Source of the DNA: an uncultured delta proteobacterium
Lineage (GTDB): Bacteria > Myxococcota_A > Polyangia > Polyangiales > B10-G4
NCBI GenBank assembly: GCA_963727445.1
Contig: CAVSGI010000010.1
Span: 864,001 to 928,000, forward strand
Length of the DNA stretch: 64,000 nucleotides
Direction: 5' to 3'
The notes under the pieces are model-generated. The model saw nothing but the letters and a program-made list of their open reading frames with translations, made no database searches and was not told where the DNA came from. Numbering within the stretch: position 1 is the first letter of the stretch; each line of letters opens with the position of its first letter. Position numbers and translations under genes: made by a program. Below, piece after piece: positions 32,654 through 43,267 of the stretch.

Positions 32654-35600
32654 CTAATCCCCGCTGGTCCCGCAGACGCCGCCGAGGCAGGTGCCGCTGC
32701 AGCAGTCGGTGTCGAGGACACAGCCCGTACCGCCGGCCGGGATGCAGCCGAGCGGGGTGTCGTCGCACATCCCGCTCAGGCAACGGCCGTCGCAGCAGTC
32801 GGCGTTCGACAGGCAGCTGCCGCCGGTCGGGACGCACATCGGAGCGCAGACCGGCAGGCCGGTGGTCGGGTCGGGGACGCAGGGATAGGGCGAGCCCGTG
32901 GAGGGATCGTCGCAGCACTGCTCGGTGAAGTCGCAGGAGCCGCCGAGCGGGATGCACATCGTCTGGTCGTTACAGCGGCTGACGCCGAGGCCGGTGGGCG
33001 TACAGCCCGCGGACTTCGTGACGCAGCAGTTGTTCGACCCACCCTGAGCGCAGATCTCGCCCGAATCGACGCAACCCGGCGGGTTCACGCAGCGGCGGAT
33101 GCCCGCGTAGCCCTCCGGCGGGCCGCACTCGTCGGAGCAGCAGTCGGAGTTCGTCGCGCAGATCTCGCCGAAGGGACGGCAGCCCGGCAGGAATTCGCAG
33201 ATGCCCACGCCGCTGCCGGCGTCGACGCAGAGCGCCGAGCAGCAACCGCGCACGCTGGTGCAGGACTCACCGGAGGTGCGGCAGGAGCCGAGCGTCTGGC
33301 AGCGACCGACGCCCGGCTCGGGCTGAGCGTCGAGGTCGCAGCCGCCGTCGCAGCAGTCACCGTCGGCGACGCAGATCTCGCCCTCGCCGCGGCAGGTGTC
33401 GTGGCTGGCGCAGCGCCCCGAGCCAGTGCCCGTCGGATCGAAGCAGAAGCCGCTACAGCAGTTTCCGTTCGAGCTACAGGACTCGCCGTCCACGCTACAG
33501 CCGGAGCCGGCGCTGTCGCAGGTCCCGCCGTTACAGTAGTGGGTGCAGCACTCGACATCGGTGCTGCAGGAGCCGCCGGTGTCGGTGCAGGTGACGGTGT
33601 CGTCGCAGAAGCCGCCCACACAGCCGGTGGAGCAGCAATCCGCGGCGACCGTGCAGGCCACGCCGTCGACGCCGCACCCGCCCGGCACCTGGCAGCGCGG
33701 GACGCCATCGACCGAGGCGCTACACAGGCCCGTGCAGCAGTCGGAGGCTGCCGAGCACGGGTCGAGGATGCCGAGGCACATGCCGGGCGGCGCCACGCAC
33801 ACACCCGAAGCGCAGCTGCCGCTGCAGCAATCCGCGCTGATGCCGCAGCTGCCGCCCATGCTCACCAGGCCGCCGTCGACCGAGCCATCGCAGTCGTTGT
33901 CGACTCCGTCGCAGACGTCGGTGACGCCGGGGTGGATCGCCGGATCCGAGTCGTTGCAGTCCATGCCGCCGCAGGCGGCGTCACCGTAGCCGTCTCCGTC
34001 CAGGTCCTGGGGCACGTTGGTGCAGCCCAGGGACTCGGAGCAGGAGTCGACGGTGCAGGCGTTTCCGTCGTCGCAGCTCGGCGCGGTGCCGCCCTGACAG
34101 ACGCCCGGCGTCGAGGTGCTGCTGCTGCAGGTCTCGAAGCCGTTGCAGAAGAGGCCGTCGTCGCAGACCGAGGCGGTCGGACCGGTGCATGCCATGCCCG
34201 GCGTACAACCGCTCATGGTGCAGACCTCGCCTGAGCCACACATCATCGAGCTGTAGACGTGCTCGCACATGTCGGAGGCTTCGTTACAGCTGTCGACCGA
34301 GCACATGATGCCGTCGTTGCAGTTGATGGCCGTGCCCGCGGAGCAGCCGACGCCGACCACGCAGCTCTCGGTGCCGTTGCAGTAGGCCATGTCGTCGCAG
34401 CGCGAGTCGACGCCCATGCTGACGCAAGCGTCCATGCCGGAATCGCAGGCGTCGTCGGTGCAGGAGATGCCGTCATCGCAGCTCGGCGGTGTGCCCGCAC
34501 GACAGCCGAGGGTCGGCGAGCAGAGCTCGCTCCCGTTGCAGAAGGTGCCGTCGTCGCAGACCGAGTTGTCGATGGTGTGGACGCAGCCGCCGACGGTCTC
34601 CGAGCAGGCGTCCATCGTGCAGGAGATGCCATCGTCACAGGCGAGGGGCGTCCCCGCCAGGCAGTTCAACACCGGGTCGCAGAATCTCGATGCCGTTGCA
34701 GACGACTCCGTCGTCACAGTTGGCGTCGTTGACCGTGTTCACGCACCCGGTCGTCGGATTGCAGGTGTCGTCGGTGCAGGCGATGGCGTCGCCGCAGGAC
34801 AGCGGGGTGCCCGGCTGGCAGATGCCGCCCGAACAGGTCTCGGTGCCGTTGCAGACGTTCATGTCGTCGCAGTCGCCATCGACCGTGCAGGTGGCGCCCA
34901 TCTCACAGCCGCTGGTGCCCGAGCCGCCTCCGGTGCAGACCATGCCCGAGCCGCACGCGGCGTGATTGGGCGTGGTCATGCACATGTCGGAGGCCTCGTC
35001 GCAGGCCTCGACGGTGCAGGTGAACCCGTCGTCCGTGCAGGCGATGGCCATGCCCGAGGCGCACCCGCGGGCGTCGGCGCCCGACGCCGCCGGGTTACAG
35101 ACCTCGACCCCGTCGCAGTACATCGAGTTGTCGCAGACGGTGTCGATGGGCGTGCTCACGCAGGCATCGGCCACCTCGTCGCAGTTGTCGTCGGTGCAGG
35201 CGAAGGTGTCGTCACAGACCACCGGAGAGCCCGCCACGCAGCCCGTGGTGGCGTCCGCCCCGCTGGTGGTGGGCGAACAGGTCTCGGTGCCCGAGCAGTA
35301 CAGACCGTCGTCGCAGGCCGCATCCGACGGCGTGCTCACACAGGCGTCGGTCGTGGTGTCGCAGGTGTCGGTCGTGCAGGTGAACCCGTCGTCGCACGTC
35401 GGAGTCGTGCCCGGAAGGCAGCCGGTGGTCGCGTCCGCGCCGGCCGCGGTGGGCGCGCAGGTCTCGGTCCCGGTGCAGTAAAGGCTGTCGTCACAGACCG
35501 TGTCGTCGGCCATGTTGATGCAGGCAGCGCTGGTCTCGTCGCAGCTGTCGGTGGTGCAGGAGATCCCGTCGTCGCAGTCCGGCGGAGTGCCCGGGGCGCA

Positions 35601-36059
35601 ACCGGTCACCGCGTCGGCGCTGGGATGGGAGGTGTTGCACTGCTCGATACCGTTGCAGTAGGTGCCGTCCCCGCAGGACACGCTGTCCGGCGTGAAGACG
35701 CAGCTCCCCGAGGCCGTGTCGCAGGTGTCCGTGGTGCACGAGTAGCCGTCGTCGCAGTCGGTGTCCGCGGTGCAGGCCATCCCGGTGTCGCCACCGTCGC
35801 CGCCGTCGCCGCCGCCATCGCCACCATCGCCAACGCTGCTGTCGCCGGCATCACCGCCGCCGTCGCCGCCGCCGTCCATGCTGCTGTCGCCGACACCACC
35901 GTCGCCGGCATCGCCACCGCCGTCGCCCATGGCGGAATCACCCATGCTGGTGCCGGTGTCGGTGTCGCCATCGGCGCCACCGTCCGGATCATTACCGCCA
36001 CCGCAAGCAACCAAGAACAGCGCAGCAACCGCTGCGCTCGCCAAGACCCTGAACCTCAT
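32654..36059 (-). CDS. giant Cys-rich lipoprotein (~1134 aa; one apparent +1 frameshift at 34683-34684)
   Basis: GAGGGAGG SD; lipobox LVAC; CDDGxxCT/CNG repeats; DxDGDG..DCND...HPG..CDGxDNDCDG (MopE-like) motif; C-terminal CC repeats. ORFs 34635-36089 and 32654-34717 join as CNGIEICDPVLNC on removing one base. Confidence 0.85.
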
Positions 36060-36127
36060 TGCGCGCCCTCCCTCAGTGGGAAGGCTCACATTATCAGGAA
36101 AATTCCGCCGCGCCTATACCGAGGTTT

Positions 36128-36137
36128 GGGGGGGGGG
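36128..36137. repeat. G10 homopolymer upstream of the Cys-rich gene
   Basis: tttGGGGGGGGGGtat read directly from the sequence. Confidence 0.85.
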
Positions 36138-36139
36138 TA

Positions 36140-36515
36140 TCAGGTGCCGTCGGGCATCTCTAGAGGGGGTATCTCGAGGGGGCGCATGGGATCGGGGGAA
36201 GGATCCCCTTTGACCCTGTCGATCTCTATGCGAATGGCCGCCCAGGTGTCCACACAGATCGCGTCCCCGGCCTCGTCGAGGACCACCCCGAGGGAGGGGG
36301 CGTTCTCAGCGGGGCTGATCTCGATCATGTCGTCCGAGAGCACGCCTTCGCAGCTGGCTGGGGCCATCTGCCAGATGTCCTGGGGCACGAGGTGCTGGGG
36401 CAGGATGTACTCGATGAGCGCGTCCTGATTGCTTCCGCTCGATCGGATCGGGCGCGCCAACGCATGCTCCGAGGAGGCATGAGAAGAGCGTCAGGTACCT
36501 CAGGTGCCGCGTCAT
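36140..36515 (-). CDS. small lipoprotein (~124 aa; apparent +1 frameshift at 36433-36434)
   Basis: Lipobox LGAC in ORF 36306-36515 joins ORF 36140-36460 as [18 protein letters not shown] overlaps the activator stop. Confidence 0.65.
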
Positions 36516-39500
36516 GATTCCTCTCCAGTACCGGGGGCTCCGCAGGCTCTGCCCCCGGACCCCCGCTGATTGGACCTGAAGCTCGCGGCGGTCGCTCCGC
36601 TCCCTTCTTCCGCGAGCTTCAGGTCAGTCTGCCTCAACCCGTACTCCTTGACGAGCTGAGAGAGCCTCGGGCGTTTCATGCCGAGGAGCTCCGCCGCTTT
36701 GGAGATGTTGCCGTCACTGTCCGAGAGCGCCCGCTCGATGAGATCTCTCTCGATTTCCTTCTTGAGGTCGCGGAGGGTGATGCCCCCGTCGCGTAGCCGC
36801 TCGTAGCAGAGGGCCACCTCGTCGCCAGGCATGGGCGCGCCCCCCACCTCACTACGCTCCCCCGTCGAGACGCCGCCGTGGAGGTCGAGGTGCGTCGCGT
36901 CCACTTCCTCTCCATCGGCGAAGAGTGTCGACGCCCGAAGGACGTTCTCGAGCTGGCGCACGTTGCCGGGCCACGGATGCTGGGTCATCGCCACGAGGGC
37001 GCGGCGGGTGAGGCGCTTGGGCTCTTCACCGCGCTCGGCCGCCACCTGTGACAGGACGTGCTCGGCCAGGAGCGGGACGTCGTCGCGGCGGTCCCTCAGA
37101 GGCGGCAGACCGATGCTCACCTCGTTGAGGCGGTAGTAGAGATCCTCGCGGAAGGTGCCCTCGCGCACCATCGCTTCGAGGTCGCGATTGGTGGCGGCGA
37201 TCACCCGCACGTCCACCCGAATGGTCTGGCGTCCTCCCACTCGCTCGAAGGCGCGCTCCGAGAGCACGCGAAGCAGCGCAGCCTGTACGGCCGGGGAGAT
37301 GTCGCCGATCTCGTCGAGAAAGAGCGTGCCGCCGTGGGCCTGTTCGAAGCGCCCCACCTGACGTTCCATCGCGCCGGTGAAAGCGCCCTTTTCGTGACCG
37401 AAGAGCTCGCTCAGAAGGAGCGCCTCGACGATGGCAGCGCAGTTCACGGCGATGAGCGGGCCTTCGCTGCGGGGCGAGACGCGGTGAAGCGCGCGCGCGA
37501 CCAGCTCCTTGCCCGTGCCGCTCTCGCCACGCAGTAGGACGTTGCAGTCGCTCGGACCCACGCGATCGATGACGCGGCGCACCCGCTGCATCCCTTCGGA
37601 CACACCGACGATCCCGAGCCGCCGGCTCTCCCCGCGCGACGCGCGGGCGCGAGCGACGCGGCCGCCAGACATGAGCGAGAGCATCGCGCGGCGCGCCGGG
37701 CGGTCTTCCCACGAGGGGACGAGATCTTCCGGCACGCGGGCACGCATCGATGCGTCGAGCTCGGCTGCGCGCCGGAGCAGCGCCCGCGCGCGCCCACCGA
37801 GGCCCGCGTCGTATTGAGCGCGCGCCAACAGGACCATCGCTTCGAGGAGGAAGCGATCCTCGTCGGCGGCTTCCGCCGCGGCGAGGGCGCGCTCGGCGGC
37901 GCCGATGGCGTCGTCGTCCCTCGCAAGGGCGAGCTCGGCTGCGGCGAGCGCGAGATCCGCGCGCCGCGCCGCGGACACCGGGCCCACCGGCGTCAGGTGC
38001 CCTTCGGCGTCCGCATGACGATCTTGACGGATCGCGACCCGGGCCAAGCCGGCGGCGCTGGCAGCCGCGCGGATCGGATCGAGCTCCGCGAGGATGGCGT
38101 GTGCGGCGCGGAAGGCGGTGTCCGCGCCCTCGTGGTCCCCTTCCGCCAGCGCGATGCGGCCACGGAGCAGCAGCCCTTCGGCGGTAGCGCGGGGAGCGAC
38201 GTCGGGGCCGCCGGCCTGCGCGCCGTACTCACACATCGCGCGCGCCCGCGTGAAGGCGCCGAAGGTCTCGTAGAGCTCGCCGAGGTTGTAGGCCGCGCGC
38301 GCCAGCGACGAGCGATTGCCGAGCAGCGAGAGCAGGCGGATCGCTTCCTCGTAACGCTCCCGGGCGACGCCGTAGTCGTGGCGCAGGTGCGCAGTGACGG
38401 CGAGGTTGTGCTGGGCGAGCGCCCGCGCCTTGTTGTCCCGGGCACGCTCGGCGAGCTTCGCACAACGGCCGAGCGTCCGCTCGGCAGCAGCGAGGTCACC
38501 GGCGGTCAGCATGGCGACGCCGAGGCCGCCGATGGCGAGCGCCTCGTGCCGCGCGCTCCCGGCTTCACATGCGGCGACCTCGTAAGTCCGGTAGCGGCTC
38601 TCCGCTTCGGCGAGGTCTCCCGCGGCCAGCGCGACCTTGGCCAGCGTCTGGAGCGCTTCGAGGCGCGCCTCGCCCACCGCGGCACCCGCGTCGACGACTT
38701 CCCGGGCGCGGCGCTCTGCGTCCTTCAGGCGGCCGGACTGGTAGCAGAGCTCGGCGAGGAGGGCGCTCAGCGCGACCGCTCCGGGCCCATCGCCACTCTC
38801 CCGCACCATCGCCTCCGCGCGGCACAAGACGCGCTCCGCTTCTTCGATCCGTCCGGAGAGGACCAGGGCGCGGCAAATCCTCCGGCCGGCGGCTGCGCTC
38901 GAGGGCTCGGCCTCGAAGGCACGCCGCGCAGGCGCCACGGCTGCGCCGACGTCACCCGCCGAGAGGAGCGCGTCCGCGAGGGGCGGGTCCAGCATGGCGC
39001 GGGTCTCTTCGCTCTCGATCCCCAGCCGGATCTCCGACAGGAGCGACGCCGCCTCGCGATGCGCCTGTCGCGCGGCGAGGGCAACCGCCGCGCGACGCGC
39101 ATGATCGGCCGCGACGTGCGGCGCTCCGGCGGCGAGGGCCTGTCGCGCGGCCTCGTCGCTGCGCCGGCGGCTCGCGAAGAGCTCGGCGGCGCGCAGGTGA
39201 AGCGACCGCTTGAGCTCGGAGTCCAGCTCTTCGAGGATGCGCGCCGCGTCCTCCGGGTCGGCCAGAGAGAGAACCTCTCCGCGCACGCGGGCGAGGGAGA
39301 GCCGCTCGAGCTCGGCGCGAACGCCGGGCTCGATGGGCGTCCCCGCCACCACCGCCACGTCGGCCAGCGCGCATGGTGCACCGAGCACTGCCAGGGCGTC
39401 GAAGACGGCGCGCGCCTCCGCCCCCAGCTGGGCGAGGCGCGCTTCGAGATGCTCCCGTGGCGTCGGGGGCTCCGCGCTCAGGAGCCGCCCCACCGCATCT

Positions 39501-40195
39501 GGCGCGCCACCGGTGCGCGCGAGGATCCGCGCGACGACCTCGGGGCTGACCAGGACCTGCTTGAGGGCGTCCTCGTCCAGACCGCGCAGCGTGATCCGCG
39601 TCGTGCGCGGATGCTCGGCGAGGGCGCGGAGCTCGGTCGGGCCTGCGTCGTCGGCGATGCCCACCACCAGGTAGCGCGGCGCCGCCCCGCGGGTCTCCGG
39701 CTCCGAGATCAGATGCGTGAGGTGGGCGACCACGTCGGCCGAGGCGAAGGCGAGCCCACGAACGACGAGCACCGTCGGCCCGAGCGCGCCGAGGGCGCCG
39801 AGGAGGCGACGGAGGGAGTCGAGGTGGAGGCGCTGTGCCTCGAGCGCTCGCTCGGGATTGGCCGGGCTCGGCGACGGGTGGTGGAACCAGAGCGAATGAC
39901 AGCCGTGGGGACAGCCGAGCTCGACGCCGCGAGGCGCCCGGCCGAGGATGGCGAGCGCCTCCTCCACGAGCGTGTCGAGGGGTGAAAAGGGCTCCCCCGC
40001 GCGCACGTCGGCGGTGAGCACGAGCGCCCCGTCGCGTCGCGCCGCGTCCACGAACGCATCGACGAGCGTGCGCTTGCCGACGCCGCGAGGCCCCTCGACC
40101 AGCGCGAGCCTCGCCCCCTCCTCGGCCGTGCGAGTGAGCAGCGACGTGAGGAGCGCCGCTTCGCGACGGCGCCCTCCGGCGAAAGCAAGCGTCAT
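36512..40195 (-). CDS. sigma54-dependent enhancer-binding protein with N-terminal degenerate NTPase (AAA_16-like) and TPR domains
   Basis: [30 protein letters not shown] and [10 protein letters not shown] motifs, Fis-type HTH; N-terminal [12 protein letters not shown]-like helices (AQHNLA, AAYNLG). Confidence 0.92.
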   Translation of the reverse strand: MTLAFAGGRRREAALLTSLLTRTAEEGARLALVEGPRGVGKRTLVDAFVDAARRDGALVLTADVRAGEPFSPLDTLVEEALAILGRAPRGVELGCPHGCHSLWFHHPSPSPANPERALEAQRLHLDSLRRLLGALGALGPTVLVVRGLAFASADVVAHLTHLISEPETRGAAPRYLVVGIADDAGPTELRALAEHPRTTRITLRGLDEDALKQVLVSPEVVARILARTGGAPDAVGRLLSAEPPTPREHLEARLAQLGAEARAVFDALAVLGAPCALADVAVVAGTPIEPGVRAELERLSLARVRGEVLSLADPEDAARILEELDSELKRSLHLRAAELFASRRRSDEAARQALAAGAPHVAADHARRAAVALAARQAHREAASLLSEIRLGIESEETRAMLDPPLADALLSAGDVGAAVAPARRAFEAEPSSAAAGRRICRALVLSGRIEEAERVLCRAEAMVRESGDGPGAVALSALLAELCYQSGRLKDAERRAREVVDAGAAVGEARLEALQTLAKVALAAGDLAEAESRYRTYEVAACEAGSARHEALAIGGLGVAMLTAGDLAAAERTLGRCAKLAERARDNKARALAQHNLAVTAHLRHDYGVARERYEEAIRLLSLLGNRSSLARAAYNLGELYETFGAFTRARAMCEYGAQAGGPDVAPRATAEGLLLRGRIALAEGDHEGADTAFRAAHAILAELDPIRAAASAAGLARVAIRQDRHADAEGHLTPVGPVSAARRADLALAAAELALARDDDAIGAAERALAAAEAADEDRFLLEAMVLLARAQYDAGLGGRARALLRRAAELDASMRARVPEDLVPSWEDRPARRAMLSLMSGGRVARARASRGESRRLGIVGVSEGMQRVRRVIDRVGPSDCNVLLRGESGTGKELVARALHRVSPRSEGPLIAVNCAAIVEALLLSELFGHEKGAFTGAMERQVGRFEQAHGGTLFLDEIGDISPAVQAALLRVLSERAFERVGGRQTIRVDVRVIAATNRDLEAMVREGTFREDLYYRLNEVSIGLPPLRDRRDDVPLLAEHVLSQVAAERGEEPKRLTRRALVAMTQHPWPGNVRQLENVLRASTLFADGEEVDATHLDLHGGVSTGERSEVGGAPMPGDEVALCYERLRDGGITLRDLKKEIERDLIERALSDSDGNISKAAELLGMKRPRLSQLVKEYGLRQTDLKLAEEGSGATAASFRSNQRGSGGRACGAPGTGEES

Positions 40196-40214
40196 CCTTC
40201 GCAAAGTATAGAAA

Positions 40215-40240
40215 GTGACGGCGCGCCCCCCGCCCGTCAC
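40215..40240 (-). terminator. hairpin or terminator after the acyl-CoA dehydrogenase-like gene
   Basis: GTGACGG...CCGTCAC 7-bp stem followed by TTTCT on the minus strand. Confidence 0.55.
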
Positions 40241-40247
40241 CCACCGG

Positions 40248-41162
40248 TCATCGACGAAGCGCCAACAGTGCGGCCTCGAGGCGCGCTTTTCGGGCCTTTT
40301 CGGCCACTCGGAGGATGGCGCGATCGCGCTCCCAAACGCTTCGGACCGCGGGTTCGACCGCATCCCAGAGGGTGGGATTGACGGCCGCGCGACCGAGCCC
40401 CGAAAAGACACTGGCGAGCAGGACGTGGCTTTCGGGGTCTTTGGGGTCGCCGCCACAGAGCCCATGAGCCGACGCGGCGAGGGCGAGGAGCTCGGCGAGG
40501 ACCGCGGCGTCGGCGTCGGCGGTGCGCGCCACGCGGACCATGTAGGCGGCGACCGCCGTCGCGACGTGCGCGTCCTCGACGGTGCGGAAGGGCTTGATGT
40601 AATCCGCGTACCCATCGCCCGGGAGCACGGCCTCCGGCGGGAGCGCGACGTCCGCCAGACGTGCACGCGCGTGGGGGACCTCTGGCACGAAGGGCGTGGG
40701 CGGGTGCGTCTGCAGCGTGAGCCCTTTGGTGTCCGCCGGTACCTGCACCATGACGAGGCGTGGGCGGCCCTGCTCCGAGAGGCCGCGGGTGGCCGCGACG
40801 AGGAGCAGCTCGGCTTCCGCGCCGAGGGTGACGAAGGACTTCTCTCCGGCGAGGTGCACCCGACCTTCTCGCTCCTCGAGGGCGGTCGCGATGGCACGCG
40901 GATGATTGCCGCCGTCCTCGGTGACGGCGAAGGCCACCTTCAGGTCGCCCGGCAGCGCGGGCACGAGTGCGCGAAGCGCAGCGGTGTAGCCGGACGCGAA
41001 AGCCCACGCCGGCCGGTCGGCGTTCAGACCCGCGTGGAGCGCGAGGTCCGCAGGGTCGGGGTGCGCCGTGGCGAGGCGACGATGCGCCGCCCACCATGCG
41101 GAAACGTCGACGAGAGCCTCTTCGGAGAGGGGCTGGTCGAGGAGGCGCGCGATCGCGAACAT
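40248..41162 (-). CDS. acyl-CoA dehydrogenase-like protein (short form)
   Basis: [17 protein letters not shown] and LPGDGY motifs. Confidence 0.8.
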   Translation of the reverse strand: MFAIARLLDQPLSEEALVDVSAWWAAHRRLATAHPDPADLALHAGLNADRPAWAFASGYTAALRALVPALPGDLKVAFAVTEDGGNHPRAIATALEEREGRVHLAGEKSFVTLGAEAELLLVAATRGLSEQGRPRLVMVQVPADTKGLTLQTHPPTPFVPEVPHARARLADVALPPEAVLPGDGYADYIKPFRTVEDAHVATAVAAYMVRVARTADADAAVLAELLALAASAHGLCGGDPKDPESHVLLASVFSGLGRAAVNPTLWDAVEPAVRSVWERDRAILRVAEKARKARLEAALLALRR

Positions 41163-41193
41163 CGAGGAGGAGGATAGCGCGCAGGCGCGCAGC

Positions 41194-43030
41194 TCACCCT
41201 TCGGCGGCGGCGATGGCGTCCATGCGGCGCTTCGGGCGCACGTTCGACGCGAGGATCTTCTTGCGGATGCGCAAAGCGTCCGGGGTGATCTCGACGAGCT
41301 CGTCCTGGTCGATGAACTCGAGGGCCGACTCGATGGTGAGCTTGCGTGGGGGCGCGAGGATCACGTTGTCGTCCTTGCCGGCGGCGCGGACGTTGGTGAG
41401 CTTCTTCTCGCGGGTGACGTTGACGTCGAGGTCGTTCTGGCGGTTGTGCTCGCCGATGACCATGCCCTCGTAGACCTCGGTGCCCGGGCCGATGATCATG
41501 ATGCCGCGGGGCTGGAGGTTGAAGAGCGAGTAGGGGGTGGCCCGGCCCTTGCGGTCGGCGACGATGGCCCCGTTCTTCCGGCGGAGCATGGGGCCGGTCC
41601 ACGGGATCCAGCCGTCGAAGAGGGTGTTGAGCAGGCCGGTTCCGCGGGTCTCGGTGAGGAACTCGGAGCGGAAGCCGATCAGCCCGCGGGAAGGCACCCG
41701 GAACTCGACGCGGGAGCGACCGCCGCCGAGGCTGCTCATCTTCGTCATCTGACCGCGCCGCGCGCCGAGGTTGGTGGTCACGGCGCCGACGTACTCCTCG
41801 GGCACGTCCACCACCACCAGCTCCACCGGCTCGTTCTTCTCGCCGTCGATCTCGCGGATCACCACCTCGGGCATGCCCATCGCGAGCTCGTAGCCCTCGC
41901 GGCGCATGGTCTCGGCGAGGATGGAGAGCATCAGCTCGCCCCGGCCGTAGACGTCGAAAGCATCCGGGCTCTCCGTGTCCTCGACTCGAAGCGCCAGGTT
42001 TCGCTTCGCCTCCCGGTAGAGGCGCTCGCGCAGGTGGCGCGAGGTCACCCACTTGCCGCTCAGCCCGGCGAAGGGCGAGGTGTTGGCCACGAAGCGCACC
42101 TTGATGGTCGGTTCCTCGACGGAAATCCGGGGCAGCGCCTCGGCGCGCTCGGGGCTCGCGAGCGTGTCGCCGATCTCGACGTCGTCGATGCCGGCGATGG
42201 CCACGATGTCACCCGCGGCGGCACCCTCCCACTTGACCCGCTCGTTGCCCTCGAAGCCGTAGACCGTCCCGGTCTTGGCGGCCTTCTGGCCGGTCTCGCC
42301 CAGATGCACGATCGGCTGGCCGGTGGCGATCCTCCCGTCGGCGATCCGTCCGATCGCGAGGCGGCCGACGTAGTCGTCGTGGAGCACGTTGTGAACGCGC
42401 AGCCGGAAGGGAGCCTCGATGTCTCCCGGGGGCGGCGGCACCACCTCCAGGATCGATTCGAAGAGGGGCGTGAGATCCGTGCCCTCGCCGTCCACGTCGA
42501 GCTTGGCCATGCCGTCCTTGCCGATGGCGTAGACCGCGCGGAACTCGGCCTGCGCGTCGGAGGCGTCCAGGTCGCAGAAGAGATCGAAGACCTCGTCGAG
42601 CACCTCGGTCGGGCGCGCGTCCTGCCGGTCGATCTTGTTGATCACGACCAGGATGGGCATCCCGAGCTCGAGGGCCTTGCCCAGCACGAAACGGGTCTGA
42701 GGGAGCGGCCCCTCGGCGGCGTCCACCAGCAGGAGGGCGCCGTCCGCCATCATGAGGGTCCGCTCCACCTCGCCCCCGAAATCGGCGTGGCCCGGGGTGT
42801 CGATGATGTTGATGGTCACGCCCCGGAAGGTCACGGAGGCGTGTTTGGCCAGGATGGTGATCCCGCGCTCACGCTCGAGATCGTTGTCGTCCATGACCCG
42901 CTCGACCACGGCCTCGTTCTTTCGAAAGACGCCAGTCTGGTGGAGCATCGCGTCGACCAGGGTGGTTTTTCCGTGGTCGACGTGGGCGATGATCGCGACA
43001 TTACGGGAGATCGCGCTTGGTTTCGGACAT
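41194..43030 (-). CDS. typA: translational GTPase TypA/BipA (apparent +1 frameshift at 43005-43007)
   Basis: After removing one base the N-terminus reads [47 protein letters not shown] and KKLTNVRA motifs. Confidence 0.95.
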
Positions 43031-43217
43031 CGGGGCGCGGTGAGCTACCACGAGGGATCGACCGGAGCAATGCGTCATCGTCATCCCGTGACTTCTCTCT
43101 TTTGAAGTACTTCCCGCTCGACTCCCGAGTCGAGGGTAGCCAGAGACCCCAGCGCAGCCGGCTGATCGATCAGCCAGGGTGCGTCCGACAAGGCGAGGGA
43201 TCTCGCCCGGTGTGGAC

Positions 43218-43233
43218 GGGCACGCCCCTTGCT
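43218..43233 (+). promoter_or_regulatory. sigma54 (-24/-12) promoter
   Basis: GGGCACGCCCCTTGCT versus consensus TGGCACG-N4-TTGCW; GG-N10-GC spacing; 35 nt before the ATG. Confidence 0.7.
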
Positions 43234-43267
43234 GTCCGGGGTGCGAACCCGACAAGGAGAGAGATTC

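Noticed and set aside
32654..36059. Multiheme cytochrome or selenoprotein reading of the Cys-rich gene
   Set aside because: There are no repeated CxxCH motifs, and the break is a frameshift rather than an in-frame TGA
40196..40897. N-terminal extension making the activator 1461 aa
   Set aside because: It overlaps the acyl-CoA dehydrogenase-like gene in another frame, and a hairpin plus TATACT box precede the ATG at 40195
43001..43030. Programmed frameshift or leader peptide (MSETKRDLP) controlling typA
   Set aside because: There is no slippery site, and the same one-base pattern recurs in unrelated genes, so sequencing error is more parsimonious
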